Shown here: piece after piece, positions 40,007 to 49,749 of the stretch | Position numbering within the stretch: position 1 is the stretch's first letter | Layout: each line of letters opens with the position of its first letter | Assembly (NCBI GenBank): GCA_963744145.1 | Contig: CAVUSO010000001.1 | Location: 5,696,001-5,760,000 of the forward strand | Direction of reading: 5' to 3' | DNA length: 64,000 bases | From: an uncultured cyanobacterium | Lineage (GTDB): Bacteria > Cyanobacteriota > Cyanobacteriia > Cyanobacteriales > CAWUOF01 | Made by a program: the position numbers and the translations under genes | The notes under the pieces: generated by a model | What the model was told of the DNA's origin: nothing | Seen by the model: only the letters and a program-made list of their open reading frames with translations | The model's database searches: none

Positions 40007-43000
40007 AATTTGTAATTAACATATTTGGTGATTTTTTAATTTCTTCTATGTCAGTCGAGACAATCTGTGAATAACTTCCCTCCGGGTTATTATATACAAG
40101 ATGTACGCTAGAGATATAGTTGGAAACTACATGAATTTTATCTTTTGGTGTAACAACTAAAAGTTGTAAATTTAAGTTCTTGAATAGTTCCATTGCATAA
40201 CGAGCATTATGGTCATCTGATTTACTAAAAGCTTCATCAATTACCACAAAACGGAAGGATCTACTTTTTACATTGTCTTGGGTTAAACCAAACTGATAAG
40301 CGATCGCTGATGCGAGAATAGTATAGGCTAATTTAACTTTCTGTCCACCAGATTTCCCGGATGAATCGGTATGATATTCTTTTTCTGTATTGTCTGAACG
40401 ATAGCGTTCACTCACTGAAAACTCTAGCCACTTTCGCACATCAGTTACGTTCAATGTCCATCGTTCGTCTGTTTTAAAGCGTTCAATTAAGCGGGTTTGA
40501 ATATTTTTAAATCGCACTTCATTATCTTCAGCACTATAACGAGCAACATCACCAAGACAAGCGATAATATCTTGTTTAAAGTCTTTAATTTCATGATGAC
40601 GGGTATTTTCATAACATAGTTTAATATAAGTAGAATCCGTATAATTAATTTTCTGTAAAGCTTCATTTAGCTCATCAATTCCTTCCTGAATTTCTTCTTG
40701 TTTTTTTTCTAAAGCACTCTTAAACATTGAGATTGCCATAATTACTTTCTCGTTCATCAATTGTTTAAATCTTTTTTCATGGCTCGGCAAATCATCATGC
40801 TCTATCTGGGTCTTCAACTTAAGATATTCATCCAGAAATTCAATCGCTGTTCCTAATTCTACCGTTGTTTCAGGAAAATCTTTCTTAAAATTGAGCATTC
40901 GCATCGTCAATGCACTACGGGATTCATTCAGCTCTCGCTCGATTTGGCGAAGTTGTTGTTGAATGTATTCCGACAAGTCTTTCTCATCTTGATCAATCGT
41001 TTCTATTGTCATCTTATATCGTCTAAGTTTTGGTGCCATGCGGTTCGCAAATTCATAAATATCTGAATCTCTAACTGATTGCAGTTTGATTTCACAATGT
41101 TTCTGCTCAGTTTGAGCTTTGGATTGTCGATCTTTAAGAGTCTGACTTTCTCTAATTAATGCTATGCGTCGTTGATCAGCTTGAGCAATTTCTTCCTGAG
41201 TTGACTTAAGTTGTGCTTCTAACTGCTTAAGATGATCGGAACTAGCTTCTAGCTGCTGCTTTTGCTCCTGAAGTTTAAGTCGATCAAGTTCTACCGATCG
41301 CCAATCAATTTCGCTGAAGTCAGTAAATTTCATTAAATCTTGCAACCATGATCTTTTCTCATACTGCTGATTAATCTGACCCTTCAATAATTTAACTTCG
41401 TTGTCAATTTGAGCAAGTTGTTGATTAACCTGACTCAATTGATCCTCTAACGCTTTAATTTTACTAGCATTATTCCAACCTAGAATATATTTACTGCGAT
41501 CGTCAATCGCAGATCGGTCATCTTTTTCGTGGCGATCGCCGCCATGTTTAATTAGTCCATTGCTCGTAATTGCGCGACTCTCATGCTGTAACTGTTCTTC
41601 TGAATCACAACAGACATAATTAAAATCATGCACCAATCGATCGCGTAACCAATGGGAAAATATACCATTATCTTTCTTGATTTCTAATTTGGAGGGAACC
41701 CGATTGGATTCAAGAGCGCGTTGGGTTGGATTGGGAGTTGAAGTAGTAACATGATAATAAACTAAACGTCGTCCCTTGAAATAAGTTTGATTTACATACT
41801 TATTCACTGCTTGATAATGTTCTTTGGGCACAAGAATTCTTAACCCAAAGCTTCGGAGTAATCGCTCGATCGCACCTTCCCATTCCTGTGCTTCTTCACG
41901 GATTTGTAAGAGTTCACCAATAAATGGAAGTTTAGTTTCATCCAAATTTAAGTGCCGGACAATGCGATCGCGGATATCTAAATCAGCTTTAGGAATTTGG
42001 CTTCTGCGATTACGCAGTGATGTTAACTCATCCTTAAATGTAGCCGCTTGTTTCGTCAGATCACTGTGTCGCGGAATTTGTTGATCTTTTTGTTCTTCTA
42101 ATGTTTGTAACGCTGTATCAATTTCATCCTTAAGTTTCTCCCCCTGTGTTATGTTAGCGAAGAATGTGGTACTATCATTGTAATGAGTAAGTTTCAGGAG
42201 TTGGGTGAGGCGATCATAATCCTTTGCCTGACGCTGTTTACCATTCACCTCCTTTTGGCGTTGCTCAATCTCCCGTGTAAGTTCCTGTAAGCGTTGCCCA
42301 ACACTATCCTGCTTGATAGCAGAGTATAACTGTTTTTCCTGTTCACGTAGTTCTAATATGCGGTTCTCCCTTTCAGCTATCTCATGTTGCTTTTCAGTCA
42401 GATATTGTTCAATTTTTTGCAGTTCTTGAGTTAATAAATCAAGCCTCTTTCTAGCGAAGAAAGCAGGAGCAGCATTTTTATATTGCTGAAAATCTGCAAC
42501 TGTATTTTTCAGATTTGTATGTTTTTCTGCTTCTTCTGTCAGTGGTAAAAGTGCCTCTAACTGTTTTCGTGCTTTCTGAATTGCAGTATGGGAAATGTTT
42601 AAGTTCTCATAACTTTCTTGCAACTCACGAATTTTTGTTTGCACATCCATTTTTTCCAACATATGATTACGAACAAAATCATTTAATCCACCAATTTCTT
42701 TGATAGTTACCGTTTGATTGAACAAATCTAATGCTTTTTCGGATTGTAGACCAAAACGTTTGCGAAACTGCTGGCTATACTTCACAAATTCATCAAAGGT
42801 TTCTGCACCGAGCGATTTCAGTTGTTTCTTTAAGTTTGGAATGTCATTAGATTGGGTGAAATGGGAGGTAATTGTTAACTCAATATCTGCAACAACAAAA
42901 AACTTTCGTACTGAACCATCTTGCATCCATAGCACCTGTGCTAATGTCACATCTTGTTTAATCACGCGATCGCTAAAATAAGCAAGCAGTACCGAAAACT

Positions 43001-43358
43001 TTCCCTTTTCTCGCAGTAATTTGGGTTTTGAACTATATGATTCTTCAGCACGAGTGCGACCGTAAGCTCCACGAACATAGCTTTTCTCATCCCGTTCTTT
43101 TTTGCCAGTCATAGTGGAAGCTTGATTATAATTTCGGCTTCTATTCGGAACCAATAACGTTAGTAATCCATCCACCAGTGTCGATTTTCCTGAGCCATTT
43201 GCCCCAGTCAACAAGGAAATATTTCCCTGCAAATCCAGCACCCAGGGGCGTTGGTCAAAGGTTCCCCAGTTAAGCACTTCAAACCGTTGGAGGCGAAAGC
43301 CCCCCAGCGCATTATCATGGGAACCACCCATTTGTTCAATCGGTAGAACGAATTGCAT
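39999..43358 (-). CDS. jetC: Wadjet JetC SMC-like ATPase
   Basis: NWGTF, Walker A GANGSGKST, long coiled coil, SGGQ signature, Walker B IDEAF. Confidence 0.93.
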   Translation of the reverse strand: MQFVLPIEQMGGSHDNALGGFRLQRFEVLNWGTFDQRPWVLDLQGNISLLTGANGSGKSTLVDGLLTLLVPNRSRNYNQASTMTGKKERDEKSYVRGAYGRTRAEESYSSKPKLLREKGKFSVLLAYFSDRVIKQDVTLAQVLWMQDGSVRKFFVVADIELTITSHFTQSNDIPNLKKQLKSLGAETFDEFVKYSQQFRKRFGLQSEKALDLFNQTVTIKEIGGLNDFVRNHMLEKMDVQTKIRELQESYENLNISHTAIQKARKQLEALLPLTEEAEKHTNLKNTVADFQQYKNAAPAFFARKRLDLLTQELQKIEQYLTEKQHEIAERENRILELREQEKQLYSAIKQDSVGQRLQELTREIEQRQKEVNGKQRQAKDYDRLTQLLKLTHYNDSTTFFANITQGEKLKDEIDTALQTLEEQKDQQIPRHSDLTKQAATFKDELTSLRNRRSQIPKADLDIRDRIVRHLNLDETKLPFIGELLQIREEAQEWEGAIERLLRSFGLRILVPKEHYQAVNKYVNQTYFKGRRLVYYHVTTSTPNPTQRALESNRVPSKLEIKKDNGIFSHWLRDRLVHDFNYVCCDSEEQLQHESRAITSNGLIKHGGDRHEKDDRSAIDDRSKYILGWNNASKIKALEDQLSQVNQQLAQIDNEVKLLKGQINQQYEKRSWLQDLMKFTDFSEIDWRSVELDRLKLQEQKQQLEASSDHLKQLEAQLKSTQEEIAQADQRRIALIRESQTLKDRQSKAQTEQKHCEIKLQSVRDSDIYEFANRMAPKLRRYKMTIETIDQDEKDLSEYIQQQLRQIERELNESRSALTMRMLNFKKDFPETTVELGTAIEFLDEYLKLKTQIEHDDLPSHEKRFKQLMNEKVIMAISMFKSALEKKQEEIQEGIDELNEALQKINYTDSTYIKLCYENTRHHEIKDFKQDIIACLGDVARYSAEDNEVRFKNIQTRLIERFKTDERWTLNVTDVRKWLEFSVSERYRSDNTEKEYHTDSSGKSGGQKVKLAYTILASAIAYQFGLTQDNVKSRSFRFVVIDEAFSKSDDHNARYAMELFKNLNLQLLVVTPKDKIHVVSNYISSVHLVYNNPEGSYSQIVSTDIEEIKKSPNMLITNYD

Positions 43359-43902
43359 GAGTTGCTAACTTTTGTTTTAGGAGTTCGAGGGTATCAGCAT
43401 CAATTTTGGCTTTGAGAATGGGACGTACTTCGTAATTTTCATCCTGTCCAGACAAACGTTTGAGAAAACCTAATTCCTCTGTCTGCTTCACCAGTTTATC
43501 CACCTCGCGCCGAAATCTTTCCTCATTATTCCCTTCCGGTAGATAAGATTCTAACAAATCTCGAATTTTTTCAATACTAAGAATCAATCGCCCTGTAATA
43601 TCGCTAGAATCGAACTGTCGCAGTTGCTCACGCAGCAATACACATAAAACAGTAACGTTAAAGCTTAACTTACGCCGAACAGTTAGCTGGGGCAGATGTT
43701 CACCATCTTCTGCATCAGAGTCGGGCTGTTCCAGATAGGCAAATCCTTCTGTTTCGTAATTTTGGACTTGCAGACCAATTTTGCCAAAATATTCCTTAAT
43801 TTGGGTTAAATCGCTTTGCAATCGACTCCAATGGGGATCATCATAATAAATAGCTCCCCGTAAGAGTTTGAGAATGACAGGTGCATAGGGCTGAGGTTGC
43901 AT
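43336..43902 (-). CDS. jetB: Wadjet JetB (DUF4194)
   Basis: KLLRG, EGFAYL, VLLRE, ELGFL, YEVRPILKA; position between jetA and jetC. Confidence 0.9.
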   Translation of the reverse strand: MQPQPYAPVILKLLRGAIYYDDPHWSRLQSDLTQIKEYFGKIGLQVQNYETEGFAYLEQPDSDAEDGEHLPQLTVRRKLSFNVTVLCVLLREQLRQFDSSDITGRLILSIEKIRDLLESYLPEGNNEERFRREVDKLVKQTEELGFLKRLSGQDENYEVRPILKAKIDADTLELLKQKLATHAIRSTD

Positions 43903-43911
43903 GATTGACAG

Positions 43912-45366
43912 TCAGCGGTGAAAGATTACTTGTGGTAAAGTCAGCCGGAACTGTTTTTCTGGTTCTAGGCTGGTAATTATGATTGATTCAATTATACTGT
44001 TATTAATAGTATGGCGATCGCCTTGAGTAGCGATCGCTAAATAGGCAACAATTTCTGGCAATCCCTGGGTGACTGGATAAAGTTGGAGCAATTCCGTTAG
44101 CAATACTTCTGCTTGCTGTTCCAGGGTTCGTTCAATCCGTTGTACTAATTCATCTTCATCCACATAAAATTGTTGATAAAGCGCAGCAATTTCCTCCTGA
44201 TCTAGTGTAATTTCTGGTAAGTTACTAAAATCCATTGAGAATTTTGGTGTATCTGACTCATCCAGTTCATGCAAAGGACGTGCCATGGGCAGATTTACAT
44301 TTGGTTCACATTCCAATATCCAAAAGTCTGGCTCTGGTGGTGCATGATCCACAACTTCTAATGCAAGACGTTGTACTTCAGCAATCAGTTCAGCCACAAG
44401 TCGATTTTCCCTAATATTGCGTTCATCCAACATCTGACGTAGTTTTTCCGCTAGTTGATGATTGGATTGCACGATATATTCTCCTGCATCAATCAAACTG
44501 CGCTCAATCCGGCGCAATAACCCATTCTCTTTAGTTAATGGCTGCAATTCTTCTAAACCATAAATCGTTTGAATCAGAGACTTTAGCTCCTGACGCTTAT
44601 TGGTTGACATCAGGAAATTCCAGAACCCATAAAAACTGCGTCCCTGATCGGAATTTTTCAATTCCTCATCTGCATCTAGCACCCGGTTAATTACTGCACC
44701 CTTGCGAGTATCTGGCTGAAGTTGGACTTCTTGTACAGTACGAGTTAGCTTACGAAAGTTTTGCTCAACTTCTCGAAAATCTGCAATCAACTGACGGGTC
44801 ACTTGATTTGCTAGCAGAAAACGCTCTTGGAGTTGGGTCTTGTTGAAGCGATCGACCATCCCTGTCTGACGAATTTGGTCAATTTCCTGCTGAATCTGAT
44901 CGCGATCCTCCTCCAACTGAGCAATCCGGGTCTCTACATCCGTTGTGCTGCGATCGCGAATCTCCTTCAACAGTGAAAAAATCTGCAAAAAACGCGATTC
45001 CGTACCCACAAACTCTTCCCGGTGCTTTAGATCTTCTATCCAAGCGATCGCTTTCTCCGTCGCTGGAGTTAGGGTAAATACTGGCTCATCACTACTATCA
45101 AATGTTTTCCTCAAAAACTGATCATCACACCATTCATTCAGATAATCTTTAGGCGATCGAGGATAAATATCAGGATAAATATCTTGTAGAGACTCCAGAG
45201 CATCACCCAGTTTTGTTTCTAACTCTATTTGAGCAATGGAAACACGACACGGAGTTACCTTAAACTGTTTATACAAAAAACTCAAAATCAAAGCAGCATT
45301 TCGACTTCGTAAAAGCTTTAGTATGGTAGAGCTTTCTAATTCATCCTTGATTTGTTCATATTCCAT
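43912..45366 (-). CDS. jetA: Wadjet JetA (DUF3375)
   Basis: KLLRS.NA, FVGTESR, DFREVEQNF, SDQGRSFYGFWNFL. Confidence 0.9.
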   Translation of the reverse strand: MEYEQIKDELESSTILKLLRSRNAALILSFLYKQFKVTPCRVSIAQIELETKLGDALESLQDIYPDIYPRSPKDYLNEWCDDQFLRKTFDSSDEPVFTLTPATEKAIAWIEDLKHREEFVGTESRFLQIFSLLKEIRDRSTTDVETRIAQLEEDRDQIQQEIDQIRQTGMVDRFNKTQLQERFLLANQVTRQLIADFREVEQNFRKLTRTVQEVQLQPDTRKGAVINRVLDADEELKNSDQGRSFYGFWNFLMSTNKRQELKSLIQTIYGLEELQPLTKENGLLRRIERSLIDAGEYIVQSNHQLAEKLRQMLDERNIRENRLVAELIAEVQRLALEVVDHAPPEPDFWILECEPNVNLPMARPLHELDESDTPKFSMDFSNLPEITLDQEEIAALYQQFYVDEDELVQRIERTLEQQAEVLLTELLQLYPVTQGLPEIVAYLAIATQGDRHTINNSIIESIIITSLEPEKQFRLTLPQVIFHR

Positions 45367-45650
45367 ATAGCGATTCTAAATGGTTTATAAAGACTAAGTT
45401 ATTTTGAACCACAGAGGACGCGACCGAACACAGAGCGAGAGAGAATGAGGAGTTTTCATAACTCAGGCAAGGATTGCTATATAGCGAACCTAAATGAAAC
45501 GTGAACAGAACCCTTCGACATGCTCAGGGCAAGTTTTGTCCGTGTTCGTAGGGATGGGAGCATTTCGGCGGAGCATTTATTGCCTGGACGCAGAGAGCTA
45601 TTACCGAAATGCTTTGCCCTCGACCATTTATGAATCAAATAGATTGACTA
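45366..45650. mobile_element. Two adjacent MITE-like elements (45366-45481 and ~45480-45650)
   Basis: TATAGCGATTCT..AGGATTGCTATA inverted ends; the second begins TATAGCGAACCTAAATGA and contains a CGTAGGG..AGCATTTCGG..CCGAAATGCT..GCCC REP-like palindrome. Confidence 0.65.
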
Positions 45651-45925
45651 GATCAACCAATTTGAAAATTGTCGCGGAGGCTGGGCGAAGCATTATCCAA
45701 ATTCAGTTATCACTTAGATCATAAATTGTCGTGGGTAATGCGAAAGCCTCTACAGGTATTATTGTTTATAAAGTCAAACAGAATACCAAGTATAGATCGC
45801 CCAGCTTTTCCCTTTTATGCTCTTTCTAATTCCTGCTTGACTTTTGGAAAAATTTGTAGTAGCCCCTCTCGCTAATTCACAAGATAATCACTCAGAATTT
45901 TTAGATTTTTTTAAGCGGTGGAATA

Positions 45926-46159
45926 TCAGTTTCCTGCATAGTCAGGATTTATTGTTTTAATTGCATTGAGGGGGTAATCATCGTCCTCATTATAGACATT
46001 GTTTAGTTGCTCCTTTGACAAGCACAACCAAGATTCGTATTCTGCTGACTGTTCCGGGAGTATCGTGACAATGAGTTTTGTGTTTGGTTCAAGCTTATAT
46101 GGTTCATCTAGCTGAATAGACTGCCCATCAAAATGTGCGGACAAGGAAATAACCTTCAT
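45926..46159 (-). CDS. Small hypothetical protein, antitoxin-like
   Basis: AHFDGQSIQLDEP..L.PNTKLIVT; 77 aa. Confidence 0.65.
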   Translation of the reverse strand: MKVISLSAHFDGQSIQLDEPYKLEPNTKLIVTILPEQSAEYESWLCLSKEQLNNVYNEDDDYPLNAIKTINPDYAGN

Positions 46160-46229
46160 GGTTTGGAACTCTTAAAGACGATCACTTTTACCTACTGTAT
46201 CATCATAACAATTAAAGGGCGATCGCCCT

Positions 46230-46343
46230 TTAACTAAATAATGAATTTCGGATTTTCTCCCGAAACTCCAACACAGATTCCAACGGATCAGATTGCACCA
46301 CATACTCTGCCAACAGAATTAAATCCAAGCCCTCTAAGGTTTG
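46230..46343 (-). pseudogene. Probable C-terminal remnant of a Uma2-family gene
   Basis: Manual translation QTLEGLDLILLAEYVVQSDPLESVLEFREKIRNSLFS* resembles the C-terminus of the Uma2 at 8769-9383. Confidence 0.5.
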
Positions 46344-46349
46344 TTGTCT

Positions 46350-47366
46350 TTAACAAGTAGGGCTCTTCGGGGAGTACGAACCTAAAAATTTCTCTCCATC
46401 AAAGTGAATCAGGTGATCGGGTGTGTCAGCAATCCAAACCTCTGTCTCCCAAGCAATATTAGGTAAAAACTGACGAAAAGTATTCCGGTCAAGAAAAGCT
46501 GTTATAAAAATTATATCAGCTTGGCACTGTTCTGTTAATTTTTTCAATTCTAAAAGACGGACAGGAGAAATTGCTCCCGAACTATGAACTGCCTCAATGA
46601 GATAAATCCAATTTTTTTGAAGCGAATAAGCGACTATATCAGGTAGTTCACCATGAGATAGTTCAAAAAAATTTAGAGCCTTCAGACGTTCCTTTTCTAA
46701 ATGAAGAAATTTGTTGGCAGTATCTCCTACATATAAAACTTCTGCTCCATATCCATAACGAGGTAAAAATTGCTCAATAATTGCTTTTTGTAGTTCGTTA
46801 TGTTTTCCAGGACTAAATTCTAATATCTTACCAGAAGAAAAAATTACTGGAATTAAGTTTATCTCTCGATGGCTAGACATCCGTTTCTCTAAAGTTATTT
46901 TATTAGCTAAACAATTGTCAACTATAGTTGCCCATTTCTCAGAGCCAAAATTTTTAATGAAAGGAATATATTCAGCATTTAACGCAAAGGATCTAGTACC
47001 ATCATTTCTAGCAGCATTGGGATTAGCTGCGCTAGGAAGAATGATTTCAGCTAAGACAATCAATTTTAAATCTTTTCTGCGTATATCATCATAAGAGCTT
47101 TCTGAAATTTTTTCATAAAAATGAGTATTCCAATATCTAATTATGTCTCGTGTTCGCAAAGCATGAAAATCATCAATATTCTGCCAATCGCCACTCTTCT
47201 TGATATTAGCAACTGCTAGAAAAGCCATAGCCATTCTTTCCTGACGACGAGAGCTAATCCCATCAACAGGTATACCAAATTTAGCCAGAATACAAAGAGC
47301 TTCGTTAAATAGTTTAATTAATGCTTCTGGTTTATTTGAATTAGTAATATATTGTATTATTTCCAT
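46350..47366 (-). CDS. BsuBI/PstI-family type II restriction endonuclease
   Basis: FSPGKHNELQKAIIEQFLPR, YVGDT, PDIV, LIEAVHSSG, WETEVW..DTPDHLIHFDG. Confidence 0.9.
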   Translation of the reverse strand: MEIIQYITNSNKPEALIKLFNEALCILAKFGIPVDGISSRRQERMAMAFLAVANIKKSGDWQNIDDFHALRTRDIIRYWNTHFYEKISESSYDDIRRKDLKLIVLAEIILPSAANPNAARNDGTRSFALNAEYIPFIKNFGSEKWATIVDNCLANKITLEKRMSSHREINLIPVIFSSGKILEFSPGKHNELQKAIIEQFLPRYGYGAEVLYVGDTANKFLHLEKERLKALNFFELSHGELPDIVAYSLQKNWIYLIEAVHSSGAISPVRLLELKKLTEQCQADIIFITAFLDRNTFRQFLPNIAWETEVWIADTPDHLIHFDGEKFLGSYSPKSPTC

Positions 47367-47374
47367 GACTTCAT

Positions 47375-48421
47375 TTAAAGGGGTAATGATAGCTGAATGG
47401 GCAGATTACGCATTTTTATTTCTTTTAAAGAAAATCTTTGATGAGATTCTAAGTAAGTCCGCACACTAGCGGCAAGATGAAAAGCAAATAAAGGCGAAAC
47501 CGCGTTACCTATTTGATTAAAACAACTTGTTTCTGTTCCCACAAACTCAAACCAATCTGGAAAACTTTGTAATCTTGCTGCTTCCCTTAAAAGTAACCTA
47601 CGCCGTCGTCCATCTGCAAGTTTAATTCGGTGCATATCTCCCGTAGCTGCGGAAATATTCCGACAAGTTAAAGTTCTTGCAGGTAAATATAGATGAAGAT
47701 CGCGGGGACGCTTGCAAAAAGATGCTTTTTCATATTTAGCTATGTATTCATCCATGCTAGCTGTGAGAAACTTAGATTCGGGGGGCACTTGCAACGCTAG
47801 TTCCCCTAAAGCTTCCCCAGCACTAATTTTTTTTGTTCGTATTTTGGGAAAAGTAAAATTACCTCGATGTCCTACTACAATGACTCGTTCGCGATTTTGA
47901 GGAACTCCAAAATCAACAGCATTAAGTAGCTGAAATTCAACAATATAACCTAAAGATTGCAACAATTGACTAATTTCTTCAAAATACCATTTATTTTTAT
48001 AAAGTAAACCTCGAACATTTTCAAAGAGCCAAATCTCAGGCTGAATTTTCCCAATAGCATTAATAAATATAGGAAATCCATCTCTTGTATCTTTTAATCC
48101 TTTTTGTTTTCCTCCGACGCTAAAAGGTTGGCAGGGCGGTCCACCAATTAATATGGCAGCAGAGGGCAGATTAGTATCTATAGTTAAAAAAGCTTGGGTA
48201 CATTCACCTGTTAAATTTTTGCGATAGGTTGCACAGCAATCAGCATCCATTTCAAAACCATGCGTTTGAAAACCTTGGGCTTCAAAACCAAGAGACAATC
48301 CACCGCATCCAGCAAATAAGTCAACTACTAGGGGATGTTGAGAAATAGCTGGTTTGAGTAGATGGTCGATCTTGTCGATGTAATTCATAATTAGGTAAAG
48401 TGTAAATGATAACTCATGCAA
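47375..48421 (-). CDS. DNA (cytosine-5)-methyltransferase
   Basis: DLFAGCGG, GGPPCQPFS, ENV, QNRER, RLQSFP, QIGNAV. Confidence 0.95.
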   Translation of the reverse strand: MHELSFTLYLIMNYIDKIDHLLKPAISQHPLVVDLFAGCGGLSLGFEAQGFQTHGFEMDADCCATYRKNLTGECTQAFLTIDTNLPSAAILIGGPPCQPFSVGGKQKGLKDTRDGFPIFINAIGKIQPEIWLFENVRGLLYKNKWYFEEISQLLQSLGYIVEFQLLNAVDFGVPQNRERVIVVGHRGNFTFPKIRTKKISAGEALGELALQVPPESKFLTASMDEYIAKYEKASFCKRPRDLHLYLPARTLTCRNISAATGDMHRIKLADGRRRRLLLREAARLQSFPDWFEFVGTETSCFNQIGNAVSPLFAFHLAASVRTYLESHQRFSLKEIKMRNLPIQLSLPL

Positions 48422-48490
48422 AGATTGCTATAGTAGTTCTTGTTTATTGCAATTAAATCGTAAAAGTTTTAATTTTTCTGATCAAAAATC

Positions 48491-49681
48491 ATGCTAGCTC
48501 AAATTAGAGCCTTAGTCCAAAAAATAAATCCTAGTCTGATCGAAATTCGTCGCCATCTTCATAGTTATCCTGAGTTAAGTGCCCAGGAATATCAAACTGC
48601 AACCTATATCGCTGGGATCTTATCTGCAAATGGTCTTGAAGTTCGCCAAGGAGTAGGTAAAACTGGAGTAGTAGCTGAATTATCAGGGGAGGGAATCGAT
48701 CGCAGAATCTTAGCTATCCGCACTGATATGGATGCGCTACCGATCCAAGAGCAAACCGATTTACCCTATACTTCTCGTTACTCACAAGTGATGCACGCTT
48801 GTGGTCATGATGTTCACTCTACCATCGGTTTGGGCACAGCGATCGTTTTAGCCCAACTATCAGAAAAATTACCAGGAAAAATCCGTTTCTTATTTCAACC
48901 CGCAGAAGAAATTATTCAGGGTGCTTTATGGATGATTCAAGACAAAGTGCTAGAGCAGGTCACCGCAATTATCGGACTCCATGTCTACCCATCAATTCTA
49001 GCTGGTTCAATTGGTATTCGCTATGGAGCATTAACAGCAGCTTCAGATGGGATCGACATCAAAATTATCGGAAAAACGGGTGATGCTGGAAGTCGTCATG
49101 AGTCAGTGGATGCAGTTTTTGTGGCTGCTCAAATTGTGCTTGGGATTCAACAGACAATTCCCCAAATGTATAATCCGCTCAAGCCAGTAGTTGTCACTAT
49201 TGGCAAAATTATCGGTGGTAAGGGAGCAAATTTGATTGCTGATCAAGTCACCCTCTCAGGAACAGTTCGCTCTCTTTACCCAGAAACTCGTGCTATGCTA
49301 CCCAAACAACTTGAACAGCTCATTAGACAAATATGTCAAATCTATGGTGCTGAATATGAGTTTGATTATCAATGGGGGGTGCCTTCAGTTCAAAACAATC
49401 ATGAACTAACCAGGTTGATTGAAACCTCCGCTCGGGAAGCATTAGGAGAGGATCAGGTGCAAATTATCCCCGATCCATCTCTGGGAGGAGAAGATTTCTC
49501 ACATTATTTGGATTATAGTCCTGGCACAATGTTTCGTCTAGGTGTAGGCGATCGCGATCGCCCCAATTACCCATTGCATCATCCTAAATTTACAGTTAAT
49601 GAGGAATGTATTGCCGCAGGTGTCATCACCCTAGCTTATGCAGCTTATCAGTTTTGGCATGATCTTCCTGGAGATAATTAA
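48491..49681 (+). CDS. M20D family amidohydrolase
   Basis: RTDMDALP, MHACGHD, FQPAEE, GGEDF, LHHP. Confidence 0.93.
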   Translation: MLAQIRALVQKINPSLIEIRRHLHSYPELSAQEYQTATYIAGILSANGLEVRQGVGKTGVVAELSGEGIDRRILAIRTDMDALPIQEQTDLPYTSRYSQVMHACGHDVHSTIGLGTAIVLAQLSEKLPGKIRFLFQPAEEIIQGALWMIQDKVLEQVTAIIGLHVYPSILAGSIGIRYGALTAASDGIDIKIIGKTGDAGSRHESVDAVFVAAQIVLGIQQTIPQMYNPLKPVVVTIGKIIGGKGANLIADQVTLSGTVRSLYPETRAMLPKQLEQLIRQICQIYGAEYEFDYQWGVPSVQNNHELTRLIETSAREALGEDQVQIIPDPSLGGEDFSHYLDYSPGTMFRLGVGDRDRPNYPLHHPKFTVNEECIAAGVITLAYAAYQFWHDLPGDN

Positions 49682-49749
49682 TCTCAGACATCTACAATCA
49701 AACAAAATAGACAAAAAACAGACCAGATGTCTGTCCCATCAGATTTTTT

